In this document: positions 10,885 to 22,455 of the stretch, piece by piece
Position numbering within the stretch: the stretch's first letter is position 1
How the letters are laid out: every line of letters begins with the position of its first letter
NCBI GenBank assembly: GCA_963783575.1
Contig: CAWAOD010000008.1
Span: forward strand, 1-54,144
Length of the DNA stretch: 54,144 nt
Reading direction: 5' to 3'
DNA from: an uncultured Spirochaetota bacterium
Lineage (GTDB): Bacteria; Spirochaetota; Brevinematia; Brevinematales; JAOACQ01
Translations under genes and position numbers: made by a program
The notes under the pieces: model-generated
Told to the model about the DNA's origin: nothing
The model's database searches: none
What the model saw: only the letters and a program-made list of their open reading frames with translations

Positions 10885-12434
10885 TTATTTTTCCACTATT
10901 TCCAGTACCACGCCGCCGACCAGACGTCTTGCTTCCACCAACAGCTCAGCCCTGATCCTGTATTCTTCAGAAAATAGGACATGACTGCCTGATTGTTCTA
11001 TGGAAGTCAGATCCCTTGATTTTATTAATAAGTTCTTTTGCAAGCCGCGCAGCGGTTTTCTCATCTTCAGAACCGCTCTGCAGCAGGCTTTCCGCTTTTT
11101 CAGCAACCAGATTCTGCTGAATCGACAATATCTCCTTCATCGTATCAACAGGATTGGCGTTCAGTTTCGACCTGTCTACTCCTCCGACCAGCAATTCAGC
11201 TTTCAAAAGGTTTTCAAAACAGTAACCGTAATTAAACGGGTGAATAATATGCGGCGCATTGGGTAATGTGGGCGGCCATTGTCCGTCCGAGTTGTAGGAA
11301 TTGGTCAGATGATACCATGCTTTCTGTAAAATCTCCTGATCCATCAGCAGAAGCCAGGGTATGAAGCTTTTCTCTTACGAGATCCTGCCAGGGACGCAGA
11401 AGCCTTGCCATCGGAGTATTTGCCCAGGTGGATGCCTTCGCGCCATGCCATGCGGCGTCATCGTCAAATGTTATTGTTTCCGGTAAAGCCGGTATTTTAT
11501 TGCATGCATCGTCAAAGGTGATAAACTCACCCAGTTTTTTTACTTCCTTAATCAGGTTGATCAGATTTTCCTTCGATTTAGGCGTTTCTTCAAACACATT
11601 ATCCGGTTTATTCTGAAATTTCAGCCGGAACCATCCGTTTGTTCCGATATATTCCGCATCATCCGCAAAAATAATCAGAGCGCCTTCCGGTTCGCCGGCT
11701 TTTTGTTCGGAGTACTGCTTGATCAGACCCATATATTTCTCAAATGAATAACCTTCCATTCCCATGAAAAACCTGACGGCAAATTGCGCCACACGGTCTG
11801 TGCGTAGAAACATGCGGAGTTTTCCGTCAGGTATGCCGGCTATATGCTGAAAAGGAAAATGAATTGCTTTTTCATTTCCGGGCAGGTCGTATTTAAACGT
11901 AAAACTGTAAAATGCCGGATCTTTGCTGAATTCCTTCTCGTATATTTCCGGCCTTTGCGGTTTGCCGTCCACTCCAAGCGAACGGCTGTATGCTTCAAAA
12001 TCTCCGATTATATTTTTATAGCCCTCTTCGGCAGCCTGTTCCGGCACATAACTTCTCCATCCGCATTCGGGATTCCAGAAACTATCCGGAACGATGCCAA
12101 GATACTTTTTGTAAATTTCATTCGAAAACCGGATGGACCATTTCCCGTCTTCTTTTGGAAAATTCGGCAGCATCGGATGGGCATACGGCGAACCCATAAA
12201 TTCGCACTGTCCCGATTTGATTGCAGCTTTTAATTTTTCCAGCACATCCGGGGCAAGCAAGGCTATCTGCTCGAGAGTATAACCCGATGCCTCAAACACA
12301 TATTTTGTACCGGGAAATTCTTCTCTCATCGTATCGAAAATGAGTTCATAGCTCTTACGGATAACAAATTCATATTTATCAGGGGTAAGGTATGCATAAT
12401 TTAAATTTCCGTGAAAAATCGCAACATATTTCAT
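10885..12434 (-). CDS. GH57-family glycoside hydrolase, split by two frameshifts
   Basis: IFHGNLNYA, GSPYAHPMLP, FWNPECGW (nucleophile region), ADDAEYIG, NSYNSDGQW; ORFs 11232..12488, 10967..11344 and 10885..11106 are consecutive pieces. Confidence 0.75.
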
Positions 12435-12616
12435 TTTAACCTTTCTTTGAGTTATATTATTTTTTTTATAAACCCACTTTATCAGCAATTTCCGGCAGAT
12501 CTAAATGCCGCTAGGAATTTATATTTATTACTGAATCATCATTTTTCTTTTCGCATCAATCCCGGAGGGAGATGGACAAAAGAAAATTATGCTTTACAGA
12601 ATTATCTATATTAGAT

Positions 12617-14964
12617 TTAGTGTGCCGCCAACTTTAAAGAGATCCCTTTATCGGTTATTTCTTCCAATTTGCCGAAAATCTCTATTTTAACCGGCGAGCC
12701 GCTCTCCAGCTTGAAATCCGCATTTTTCCTGAGAAACGGAAACCGACAGTAAAGCTCCCTGATAAGCAATTTTAAAACTGTAAGACTTCCATTGCTTTGG
12801 AATCGACGGGTTAAATATCAAGCGTATCGGAATCGGTCCTGAGTCCGCCGAACCCTGAAACCACACTTGCCCAGACGCCAAAGGCTGAGGAAGAATGGAT
12901 TCCCTGCTCCGTGTTGCGGTTATAATTGTCCAGATCAAGTCTCGATGCATAGGCCAGGAATTGATACGCTTCTTCCATTTTTCCAAGTTCTGCGGCTAAA
13001 ACAGCATGTAAGGACGGTGATAAAGACGACTCGTGGCTTGTTCTGGCCTCGTAGAATTCATAATTTATCCTTTTTTCCTCCATAGTGAAATCCGGCTGAA
13101 AAAGAAAGGCAAATTCAGAAAATCCGGCTGTTTAATCATATTAACCGGAATATTTTAATATATGCCCAGTGTGAGTAGATCGGAACCTGCGACATTGGAA
13201 TGCTTTTCACATCTACATGAGGAAGATCGAAATACCCATCATGTTGTTCATAAATCCCTGTCTTTTCATCCTTTAATATCCTCATTTTGTCGGCCATCCG
13301 GCGCCATTCTATTGGTTCTTCAGAACGCAGCCGACTTTGTCCAGGGCTTTTTTATAAAGAGCGGGCTCTTTTTTCTTCATTTCATCCAGGACATCCAGAG
13401 TATAAAGAAACATCTTTTTGCCCATATAGTTGGTATAACAGTTGTTGTTTACCATCATATGGAACTCATCCGGGCCCATAACCCCATAAAAGCCGAAATC
13501 GCCGTTTTTCGGGCTCCATCCGCCCCAGCTTGCCATACAGCGGCACATTTGAAGAAGCATTTCTATCCCTTCGTTGTAAAGGAACTGTTTATCACCGCAG
13601 ACTTTGTCATAATGCCAGATCGCATAATAAATGGCCTCATTCTGGTGAATTTCCAGATCGACATGCTGCCAGGTACCCATTTCCTCAGCGCCGGTTATTG
13701 TGGAAAAAGCGTAACGAGCCCCGTCCAGTCCACCCTTTTCGCGTTTTCCAGGGCTTTAGGCAGGTGGTGATAACGGTACATAAGCAGTTTTCTCGCAATT
13801 TCAGGGTTCAGAAACAAAAACATCCTGTGACAGTATATTTCCGTATCCCAGAAATTGACGCCGTTGTATACCTCTCCTCCAAGTTTGCAGATGACGTTCC
13901 GGTGTTCGCTTTCCCCATGGTAATTGATAAACATCACATAAAGGGAATATCTGATGCCCTGTAATAGTTCGGGATCACCGTCGATTTCAACATCCATCCG
14001 ATACCAAAAATCAGACCAGGCATTGATGTGTTTTTCCAGTGCGCTATTATAATTCAAAGCAGAATATTTGTCCATAAGCTTAAGGCCGTTTTTCCAGACC
14101 TGTTCCATATCCTCAGATTGTTCCCAATGATTTACGGCAATCTTATCGAAGGATGCGGTTAGGTTCTGATGAAGCTTCAAATTAAATTCCGTACCGATGA
14201 ATTTTTCCCTTTCCAGTGTTTTCAGATCGAGTTTCTGGTCGGATGAAAGCCTGAAACTTGAAAAGAGACTGATCCCGCTTTTTCTGGTGTGTGCCTGAAT
14301 TGCGAAAATATCTGCTGTTTTTTGCTTTCTTTCACAGGTCCAGAAATTCAAGTCATTTTTTATTTCACTGCTGGATCCCGTTCCCCTGGTCTGGTCCCAA
14401 CCGGCAGCCAGTTCGTATATGGTATCAAAATCCAGTCCTGCGGTGATTTTTACTTCGCCGGAAAAATTCAGTGGCTCAAACGACACGCGCTGAAAGCCTG
14501 CGGAAGTGTTCACAAAATCGGTAAAGCGCTTAAAGGTTATCTTGAGCTTTTTACCGCTTGCTGTCGTCCAGATGAATTCTCTGGAAAGAACGGCATTGCG
14601 CATGTCAAGCGTCCTCTTGAAATCAGAAAACTTTGCTTTGAGCCAGGTCCAGTTCTTCTCCATCCAGGCTGATAAGGGTATAAAGCCAATCTACCGAGTT
14701 TATCATCGTTGCGCCTTCGGTAATAAATCCTTTGAAGATCTGCGGATAGTTGATATCCATCATATCATACAATTGGCTGAAGTAGCTTCCCAGCAAATGA
14801 TCGCCGGAATAACCTTCCTCAAAATAACCTCGGACGCACATAAATTCATTGGCCAGTGAGAAAATGGATTCCGAGAGCCTTTGCTTTTCGGGATTGAAGC
14901 CTTCCTCCACTACCAGCCAGGGATCGACTTTAAAATATTTTTCCGAAGTTTTAAATAAATGCAT
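12617..14964 (-). CDS. GH65 family glycoside phosphorylase (maltose/kojibiose/trehalose phosphorylase-like), several frameshifts
   Basis: ESIFSLANEFMCVRGYFEEG, FWDTEIY, GVMGPDEFH (catalytic Glu), MIKQPD, YEARTSHESSLS across consecutive ORFs; AGGAGA RBS. Confidence 0.88.
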
Positions 14965-15018
14965 AAAACTATTCTCCTGTTTATTTTTTCCGGACCTATT
15001 TTTTTCCAATATGATTTA

Positions 15019-16860
15019 TCAATATGCAATTTCCCCAACCAAAGCATTTTGTGATATACTATTTATTTTCTTTCTACCGCTTAAATCCATATATACGCAA
15101 TAAGATTGTTCTTCGACCTCATATAATGGAACTAACGTCAATGCTTTGTTGTTTGAAATTGTAAATTCAAGACTTTTTGGGTTATTTCTTTTAATCATGG
15201 CCCCGAGGTTCTGCTCATCAAGATTGATATCAGGCTCATGAGCGGTTAATACTGCTAAAACAACCGGACCGAACATGATTGCGCCGATATCATTGTTATC
15301 AGGCATTCGATGGATGTGGAAATCCATCGGCATTTCTATTTCTATTCTGTCATTATTGTTCCATAAACGGTTAATTGCCGCGAACGCCGGCGCTTTACAT
15401 TCAATTGGAACAGATTCCCCATTAATTCTTACTTTTATTCCCTGACGCATCCAGTAACCTATTCTTAGTTTAATGGTAAAGTTTGCCTGTTTTTCCAGCT
15501 TTAATATTATTATGCTTTGTTCAGATACCGGAAAATCTGTTTTCTGTTCCAGCAGTAGACCTTTTTCAGGCCAGCGAACACTGGAAGGAATGTATAGGTT
15601 AATAAAAAGGGTATCTTCGTTATGATAGTATACATCCTTTGAAAGCTTGCTCATCGCTTCTACGCCTGTACCGGTACAACACCAGAAATCGTTATATTTT
15701 GACCCGAAATTCTTGCGAGCGCCTATCCCAAGAGGCTGATGGTACTGAGTCATACCGCTTTTTCTGCTTGTCGCATTCAGGACTGAACTATACATAAGCC
15801 TTTCAATATGATCCCCATACCCGGCATCTCCCGTCCATTCTAAAAGATGCTCAAGCACTTTTTGAGTATTATGTCCGCAGCAGGATTCACATTCGCCGCC
15901 AGCCAGAGCCCCAGATAATTTTCCATATTCGCCCCAATGTTCCGATTTATCGGAAGTTCCCCCATCCGGCCGGGCGGCAGGGCCGCTGGAGTTTCCATTG
16001 ACATAGGTTCTTCCAGCCAGATAATTATAAAAGTTTTCAATGGAAACTTTATAATTAATATCGCCGGTTGTTTCATAATGAACTGCAGCGCCTATAACAA
16101 TTGGTATATGTGTATTTGCGTGAAGATCGGTTAAAATGTCTTTCCCATTTTTAAGATTTTCTAAAAAATACGGGCGGTCAAACAGATGAGAAATTTCCAG
16201 GTGTTTATCTTCTCCGGTCACTAAATAAAGTTTATGCAGAACATCGCTCATTCCGCCGAATTCGTTTTTAGGATTGACCCTGGTACACCGTAAAATACCG
16301 TCAATCTTCCAGAAAGACAGCTTTGAAAAACGGACGATTATATAGTCAGCCATTTTTTTAACTATTTCAAGGGCTTTGAGGCTATCGCATAACAGATAGC
16401 AGTCAAGCAAGCCCTGCATGATTTTATGAATAGTATAGTACGGCGCCCAGACATCATGATCTTCATTTTTTTCCAATAAATCAAGCTCCGATGCAGGAAA
16501 AGCGCTTAAATAACTTCCTCCAAGCTTTTCCTGGCAATGAGCCAGGGAATCTATAATCCTGTCCGCTTTTTCTTTTAATACTGTATCATTTTCAATCGCG
16601 AAATACCGGGCGCATGCTGAAAGAAAATGCCCCAAAAAATGGCCTCTTATCTTACAGTCCGGCTTTTCCCAACCGCCTAAAGGCTCCGCATTTGTTTCAA
16701 TCCCGGCATTTACCATAAATGAATACAGCAGCCTATCTTCGGGTATTTCATATAGATATTCCCGATTCAGTTCCATAGCCGAATGAAAAACGCTTTTATT
16801 GAGCTTGACCTGCTGAAATGGATAAGGTATTATTTTAAATACAGATTTCCCTTTATCCAT
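15019..16860 (-). CDS. GH127/GH146 beta-L-arabinofuranosidase-like protein
   Basis: RGHFLGHFLSA, WAPYYTIHKI, EFGGM, HANTHIP, ECESCC, FWCCTGTG; GGAGG RBS before ATG 16860. Confidence 0.9.
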   Translation of the reverse strand: MDKGKSVFKIIPYPFQQVKLNKSVFHSAMELNREYLYEIPEDRLLYSFMVNAGIETNAEPLGGWEKPDCKIRGHFLGHFLSACARYFAIENDTVLKEKADRIIDSLAHCQEKLGGSYLSAFPASELDLLEKNEDHDVWAPYYTIHKIMQGLLDCYLLCDSLKALEIVKKMADYIIVRFSKLSFWKIDGILRCTRVNPKNEFGGMSDVLHKLYLVTGEDKHLEISHLFDRPYFLENLKNGKDILTDLHANTHIPIVIGAAVHYETTGDINYKVSIENFYNYLAGRTYVNGNSSGPAARPDGGTSDKSEHWGEYGKLSGALAGGECESCCGHNTQKVLEHLLEWTGDAGYGDHIERLMYSSVLNATSRKSGMTQYHQPLGIGARKNFGSKYNDFWCCTGTGVEAMSKLSKDVYYHNEDTLFINLYIPSSVRWPEKGLLLEQKTDFPVSEQSIIILKLEKQANFTIKLRIGYWMRQGIKVRINGESVPIECKAPAFAAINRLWNNNDRIEIEMPMDFHIHRMPDNNDIGAIMFGPVVLAVLTAHEPDINLDEQNLGAMIKRNNPKSLEFTISNNKALTLVPLYEVEEQSYCVYMDLSGRKKINSISQNALVGEIAY

Positions 16861-17100
16861 TAATGTTATCCTCCAGTTCTTATTAATAGTTATTGCAGTT
16901 CCAAACAATAAAACAAAAATTATTCAATACATTAGCATTCAAAATGAATAAAGAAAATCAAAATATAATTTGAAGCCGAAGGCTACCCTGCCGCCGTTGA
17001 TCATATTAAATTTTCTTACAGACAGGATTACATCAAGATGTCTTATCTGTTCCTGGCTATCAAGATGCCAAACTGAATGACAGATTTTTAATATATGTAT

Positions 17101-17931
17101 TTATCCTTTCACAGCGCCGGTATAAGCGCCCATGGTGATGTATTTCTGAAAGAATAAAAACAAAAGAATTGGAACCGACGCGGTCGCCATAATCCCAGCC
17201 GTTAAAATCGTATCATCCAGGCCGAACTCACCCTTCATCATTACGATTCCCTGTGTGATCGTCCGAAGCCCATCTTTCTGCAGCAAAAGGAGGGAAAACG
17301 GAAGCTCGTTCCACATGGATTGAAAACCTATAATAATGATTATGACAATCATAGGTTTAGCCAGTGGTACCATAATATTGAAAAGGACCTGCCAGGTACC
17401 CGCCCCGTCCATTCTGGCGGATTCGATCAATTCCATCGGAACAGTCGAATAATAAGTTGTCATGATATAGGTCCCAAAAGGAGCGAAATAGGCCACCCAG
17501 ACAATGATCAGTCCGATATAATTATTAATCAGATGCAGATTGTGGCAAACCTGAAATATCTGAATAGAGAGAAGCATCTGGGGAAAGATCATAAGAAAAA
17601 GTACTGTCAGAAAAATTGGAAGCCGGAAAGGAAAGCGGAGCCTTCCGAAGGCAAATGCGGCCGATAAACAGACAAACAGATATACCAAAAGAGCCGCAGG
17701 CATCAATATACAGCTGTTGATAAAATATTTAATCATATTTGCCTTGAAAAGAACATAATTATAATTTTCAAGTGTAAAATTCTCCGGCCAGTAGATTTTA
17801 TTATTTACATATTCACTTGCCGATTTAAAGCTGGTTATTAGGGTATGATAGATAGGATATAGCGCTATTAATACACAAAATATCAGGATCGCATAAACAA
17901 ATATCTTATATGATAATTTATACATTTGCAT
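17101..17931 (-). CDS. carbohydrate ABC transporter permease (MalG-like)
   Basis: EAA loop ELIESARMDGA; C-terminal GAVKG. Confidence 0.93.
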   Translation of the reverse strand: MQMYKLSYKIFVYAILIFCVLIALYPIYHTLITSFKSASEYVNNKIYWPENFTLENYNYVLFKANMIKYFINSCILMPAALLVYLFVCLSAAFAFGRLRFPFRLPIFLTVLFLMIFPQMLLSIQIFQVCHNLHLINNYIGLIIVWVAYFAPFGTYIMTTYYSTVPMELIESARMDGAGTWQVLFNIMVPLAKPMIVIIIIIGFQSMWNELPFSLLLLQKDGLRTITQGIVMMKGEFGLDDTILTAGIMATASVPILLFLFFQKYITMGAYTGAVKG

Positions 17932-18808
17932 TTCTCCTCATTAACCGGACTTGAAAAACAGCCAGAACGGCGCAGAAAATAAACAGAATACTTGCCCATG
18001 TACAGGCATAGCCCATATTGAATGCCAGGAAACCGGCATCATAAATCCCATATTCCAGAGTAAAGGTTCCGAATCCGGGACCTCCGCGGGTAAAGGCATA
18101 GATAAAGGGAAAAGCTCTCGCCAGGGTTTCTATAAATAAAAAGACGATCCAGAATTCAATAGAAAAACGGATGGATGGTATGGTAACATTCAAGAAAGAC
18201 TGCAGCCAGTTGGCACCGTCGATTTGAGCAGCGTCATAAAGATTTTCATCAATTCCGCTCATCGCCGCAAGAAAATAAATACAACCGAAACCAAGTTTTA
18301 CCCATACTCCATAGACAATTCCGACGGCATTAATAGCCAGTACGGATTTACTAAGCCAATCCAGGGCATAATTTCCCAGATGAATATAGTTTAATAAGGT
18401 GTTTAACGGGCCGATCTTTCTTAAAATAATGCTGAATATCAGACCAATGATTACATAACCCAGAATATTCGGCAGGTATATCAATGCCCTGAAAATGGGC
18501 CAGCCTTTAATTCCTTCACGCAAAAAGGCAGAAAGAAACAATGGAACAATTAAGCCAAGCGGAATATACAATAATAAAAAGGATGTATTCTTCAGAGAAA
18601 CCCAGAATCTTTCATCTTTAATAAGAGTTTTATAATTGTCCCATCCGATATAGGCAGCGGTTCCCATTCCTTTCCATTTAAAAAAACTGAGATAAATATT
18701 GGCTAATACGGGATATAGGATAAAAACAGCTAAAAGCAGTAATAGCGGCAATATTAAAGAATAAGAATCCAGTGTTTCCCTCTTTATCAGAACTTTTTTG
18801 GTTTTCAA
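17918..18808 (-). CDS. carbohydrate ABC transporter permease (MalF-like)
   Basis: EAA loop LYDAAQIDGA; TTG start with GGAGG RBS. Confidence 0.93.
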   Translation of the reverse strand: MKTKKVLIKRETLDSYSLILPLLLLLAVFILYPVLANIYLSFFKWKGMGTAAYIGWDNYKTLIKDERFWVSLKNTSFLLLYIPLGLIVPLFLSAFLREGIKGWPIFRALIYLPNILGYVIIGLIFSIILRKIGPLNTLLNYIHLGNYALDWLSKSVLAINAVGIVYGVWVKLGFGCIYFLAAMSGIDENLYDAAQIDGANWLQSFLNVTIPSIRFSIEFWIVFLFIETLARAFPFIYAFTRGGPGFGTFTLEYGIYDAGFLAFNMGYACTWASILFIFCAVLAVFQVRLMRRNANV

Positions 18809-18847
18809 AGGAACCTCCTCAAATTAACGAAGATTGAATATAAAAAA

Positions 18848-18875
18848 CCGTACGGAAATTTCAATTTCCGTACGG
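18848..18875 (-). terminator. intra-operon stem-loop after the binding-protein gene
   Basis: CCGTACGGAAATT-TC-AATTTCCGTACGG, 13-bp stem with a minus-strand U-tract. Confidence 0.8.
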
Positions 18876-18891
18876 CTAATCAAACTATCTT

Positions 18892-20175
18892 TTATTTTGC
18901 ATTCTTTTTGTTGTCCAGCATACCCTGTGCAGAATCAATGAATTTGTCCAGATTGATTTCTTCGGAAACATAAGCCTGTGATAAATATCTTTCGAAATTG
19001 ACATTAGCATCATCGTTTAATAAAAGTGTGTTATAATCGAGAATAAAAGGTCTCTTCAAGATTTCAGCAACTAGAGGATAGCCAAGTTTTTTGATATCAA
19101 CCATCTTATTCGGTGATAAAGCGCCGGTCATGCCCATCCATATAGCATTGCCTTCGCCTCTTGCATAACCTTCAACAACTTTAGCGGCTTCATCAGGGTT
19201 TTTCGTCCATTTCATGATTTCCCAGCCGATACCTGCGGGCTGTCCGACCTGCTGGTTTTTGTATTTAGCTTCAGGGAAATTGATTGTAGGGAAGTAGCCG
19301 ACATTTTCATTTCCCAGAGCATCGCCAAATCTTTTCCAATGTTGCACATCGGATAAAAGGCCGACAAACATAGCACCTTTTCCTGCTGCAAAATTATTTC
19401 CGGCATCCATAAAATAAGGGGTAGATGTGCCTGCAGGATCCATATAACCTTTTTTAAACAATTCCTGTACTATCTGAGCGGCTCTCTTGAAAGCGGCGTT
19501 TCCTTTAAAATTCTGTCCTCCGGTGACGAGGGCTTTTGTATCCGGGCCATAAATGTTAGCTATTAAGCAGCGGAAGAGAAAATCAAGTGTGTAGGGATTG
19601 CCCTGTAAACCGGCCACAATTGGAGTAATACCGGCATTTTTCAGCTTTTCGCAGGCTGCCATAAACGAAGCGTAGTCGGAAGGAGCTTTGTTCGGGTCCA
19701 ACCCTGCTTTTTTAAATAAAGCTTTGTTGTAATAAATTCCGAAACCCTGGGTCGTCAAAGGTACCATATGTACCGGTTTTTTGACATCGCCGCCTTCAGA
19801 ACAGAATGCCCAGCTGAATTCAGAAATCTCTTTTCTCCATGGGCTTACATACTTGTCCAACGGTAAAGTATAAGGATCAAATTCATAAGCCTGTACGCCT
19901 GCATGCATCATAACAACATCCGGACCTTCACCTGCCTGAACGGCTGCACGTACTACCTGATAATAAGTATCATTGGGCTGAGCGACATGCACGATTTTGA
20001 TGCCGGGGTTATTCTGCATGATCAGATTATCAATCTTAATCATGGCGGGCTGAACGCCTTTTACATCGCCGTACTTGAAGTCCCAGACTGTAATCGTTAC
20101 GGGGTCCTTTGCAAACGCTGCAACAGTTAAGATCAGAATGGCTGCCAGCGTCAGCAAGCTGAGAGTTTTCTTCAT
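18892..20175 (-). CDS. sugar ABC transporter substrate-binding protein
   Basis: Signal peptide, GEGPDVV, GIYYNKALFKKAG; AGGAGG RBS. Confidence 0.93.
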   Translation of the reverse strand: MKKTLSLLTLAAILILTVAAFAKDPVTITVWDFKYGDVKGVQPAMIKIDNLIMQNNPGIKIVHVAQPNDTYYQVVRAAVQAGEGPDVVMMHAGVQAYEFDPYTLPLDKYVSPWRKEISEFSWAFCSEGGDVKKPVHMVPLTTQGFGIYYNKALFKKAGLDPNKAPSDYASFMAACEKLKNAGITPIVAGLQGNPYTLDFLFRCLIANIYGPDTKALVTGGQNFKGNAAFKRAAQIVQELFKKGYMDPAGTSTPYFMDAGNNFAAGKGAMFVGLLSDVQHWKRFGDALGNENVGYFPTINFPEAKYKNQQVGQPAGIGWEIMKWTKNPDEAAKVVEGYARGEGNAIWMGMTGALSPNKMVDIKKLGYPLVAEILKRPFILDYNTLLLNDDANVNFERYLSQAYVSEEINLDKFIDSAQGMLDNKKNAK

Positions 20176-20200
20176 AAACTATCCTCCTATAAAATTTTGA

Positions 20201-20321
20201 TTTAATCGTTTCCAGATATTGAAAAGCAACAGGTAAATCCTCTATCCAAGATTTACCATCCTTATTGAATTTGATTATCGTTTAAACTTTCTATTTAATA
20301 TTATTTGTTTAATCGCTTAAA
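20201..20321. promoter_or_regulatory. three candidate LacI operators
   Basis: TTTAATCGCTTAAA (20308-20321), GATTATCGTTTAAA (20273-20286), TTTAATCGTTTCCA (20201-20214); variants of the palindrome at 21412. Confidence 0.65.
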
Positions 20322-20349
20322 TTATAATTGATTTCAATCCCTCTGTCAA
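20321..20349 (-). promoter_or_regulatory. sigma70 promoter of the sugar operon
   Basis: Perfect TTGACA-N17-TATAAT on the minus strand. Confidence 0.85.
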
Positions 20350-20390
20350 TAGAAAAAAACATTCTTTTTAAAAATAATTTATCTTTGCTT

Positions 20391-21396
20391 TTAAGCCGAA
20401 TCCCGTTCGATCAGTTTGACCGGTATAATTGTATGAGAAGGCTGAATTCTCCTCTTTTCGATTACATCAATCAGCATTTCAGCGGCCTGATAACCCATCT
20501 CATAAGGCGCCATATCTATAGACGTCAATGCAGGTGAATGAATGCGGCAAAACAGAGAATTCCCTATAGAAATATAAGCAATATCATCCGGTACAAAAAT
20601 TTTCTTTTCTTTTAGATACCGCATAATTCCTATACTGAAAACATCATGATAAGCCAGGATCGCAGTATAATTATTCACAAGGGTTCCTTTTGATGCAAGA
20701 ATATTATAAGCATCTTCTTCCGTCATATTGATATGTATAACATTATTTAAATCCCATTCGAGCCTGTTTTCCTCAAAAGCCATCCTGCTTCCCTGTAAAT
20801 GCTGAATACTATGCATATATTCGGACAGGCTGTCAATAAAAAGTATCTTTCGATGCCCTTTTGAAATCAGATATTTAGTAGCCGAATAAGCCCCTGCCGT
20901 TGTTTCAACATCAATATAAAATATTTTTCCCGGATCGGCAGGAGTTCCGATGACGACAAAAGGAATACCCTGTTTTTTGATATAATCCAGATAAACATCG
21001 CTGACACGAGGGTTCATAATCAGTGCGCCGTCAATAGGCTGAGTCATACTTAAATCAGGGTGTTCTTCATGATTTTCATTTAGATAATCCGCATAGAGAT
21101 GCAATTGATATTTTTTTTGATGAAGCTCGTCCAGAATTCCAGCCAAAAAAGTATTGAAAAAATAATCTTCCTTAATATTTTTGGTTGGAGAAGTATATAA
21201 GCCGACTGTCCAGGTTTTACTGCTGGCTGAGATTTCTGGCGACAATACTCGGTTTATAACCCAGTTCTTCAATAGCCTTTTTGATCTTTTTTGTTACCGC
21301 AGGACTGATTTTTCTTTTTCCGGATAACGAATAAGAAACAGCAGCCGTGGACACTCCCGCTTTTTCTGCAACGGTTTCGATTGTTACTTTCGGCAT
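20391..21396 (-). CDS. LacI family transcriptional regulator; frameshift near 21228
   Basis: HTH MPKVTIETVAEKAGVSTAAVS from ATG 21396 joins the sugar-binding domain ORF 20391..21272 (PALTSI, LIERDS). Confidence 0.9.
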
Positions 21397-21411
21397 AATA
21401 ATTCCAAAATG

Positions 21412-21456
21412 TTTAAACGTTTAAATAATTTTAAGGTCATTTTGATAGTTTGTCAA
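21412..21456 (-). promoter_or_regulatory. lacI promoter with autoregulatory operator
   Basis: TTGACA-N17-TAAAAT (21456-21428) followed by the perfect palindrome TTTAAACGTTTAAA (21412-21425). Confidence 0.8.
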
Positions 21457-22105
21457 ACAATATTATTATTTTTAATTAAGAAAAGAAGAAGTTCATTTGT
21501 GATGACCGGTTTCAGTTTAATGGTAGATGCTGAGTTTTCTTTATCATTCCTTTGTAATATCCCTTTGTTTACTGCGGTGTAGTTTATTAAATATTACAAA
21601 TTGAATATCTCTTATATATATAAATATTATTGCAAGAAAGAATGCCAGCCAGATTGGGGATAAATGGATACTTTGTAAGTAGCTGATTTCTTTACCAAAT
21701 ACTAAAGATACCAGATCAAACATGGGATTATTATTATCCATTTTTTTTGCGGAATCGTACATAACCGCAATTATAAATCTTAAGTTGTTTTCTAAACCCA
21801 TACTATATTACCATTATTTTAACAAGTGTGACCATTTTCCATATAATAATTTATTATTTTATCAAGGCTTAAATTTACAAAAAAGATGCAATTTCAAAAA
21901 TTAAACATTTCAAACTTTATATTTGGGATTTAAAGTAAGTTACATAGTATTTCAGAAGAAATTGAAATGATTGTTGTTTACTATTAGAATTATTAATGGC
22001 GGAGCCTTATTATTTATATATATTCTTTTTAAGACTTAACAAATTACAAGTGTCAAGATTCACATTTAATTTCTCAGTCAGTAAATTGACGAAATAACTC
22101 GGTTA

Positions 22106-22291
22106 TCATTTACGCTCAGATAATGGTATCCCTCCAATTCCTATACTTTCGGCGTCATATTCGTTAATAAATACGGTAAATGCCTGAGCAGGAATATTAG
22201 TAATTTCAACCATCGTCTGTGTTAATTTCTCAATTATTTCTTTTTTCTTTTCCTTCGATTGATGAGTCATCTCAACTTTAATAACCGGCAT
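22106..22291 (-). CDS. 4-oxalocrotonate tautomerase family protein (DmpI-like)
   Basis: N-terminal catalytic Pro (MPVIKVE), C-terminal IGIGG, 61 aa; AAGGAG RBS. Confidence 0.9.
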   Translation of the reverse strand: MPVIKVEMTHQSKEKKKEIIEKLTQTMVEITNIPAQAFTVFINEYDAESIGIGGIPLSERK

Positions 22292-22455
22292 AAATTTAAC
22301 TCCTTAGTTTTATTGGAAATATTATATAATAAAATAACTCTGTATTCAATAAAAAACCAGGCAAATTTATAAAGTCAGAAATATTTATTAAAATATTGAA
22401 TCTAAACTGGCTGTATTTGACTTATGTTATTACAAAATTATGGAGGAAGGTTTGT

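Noticed and set aside
21544..21801. 85-aa minus-strand ORF
   Set aside because: No clear RBS or family motif; could be a gene remnant
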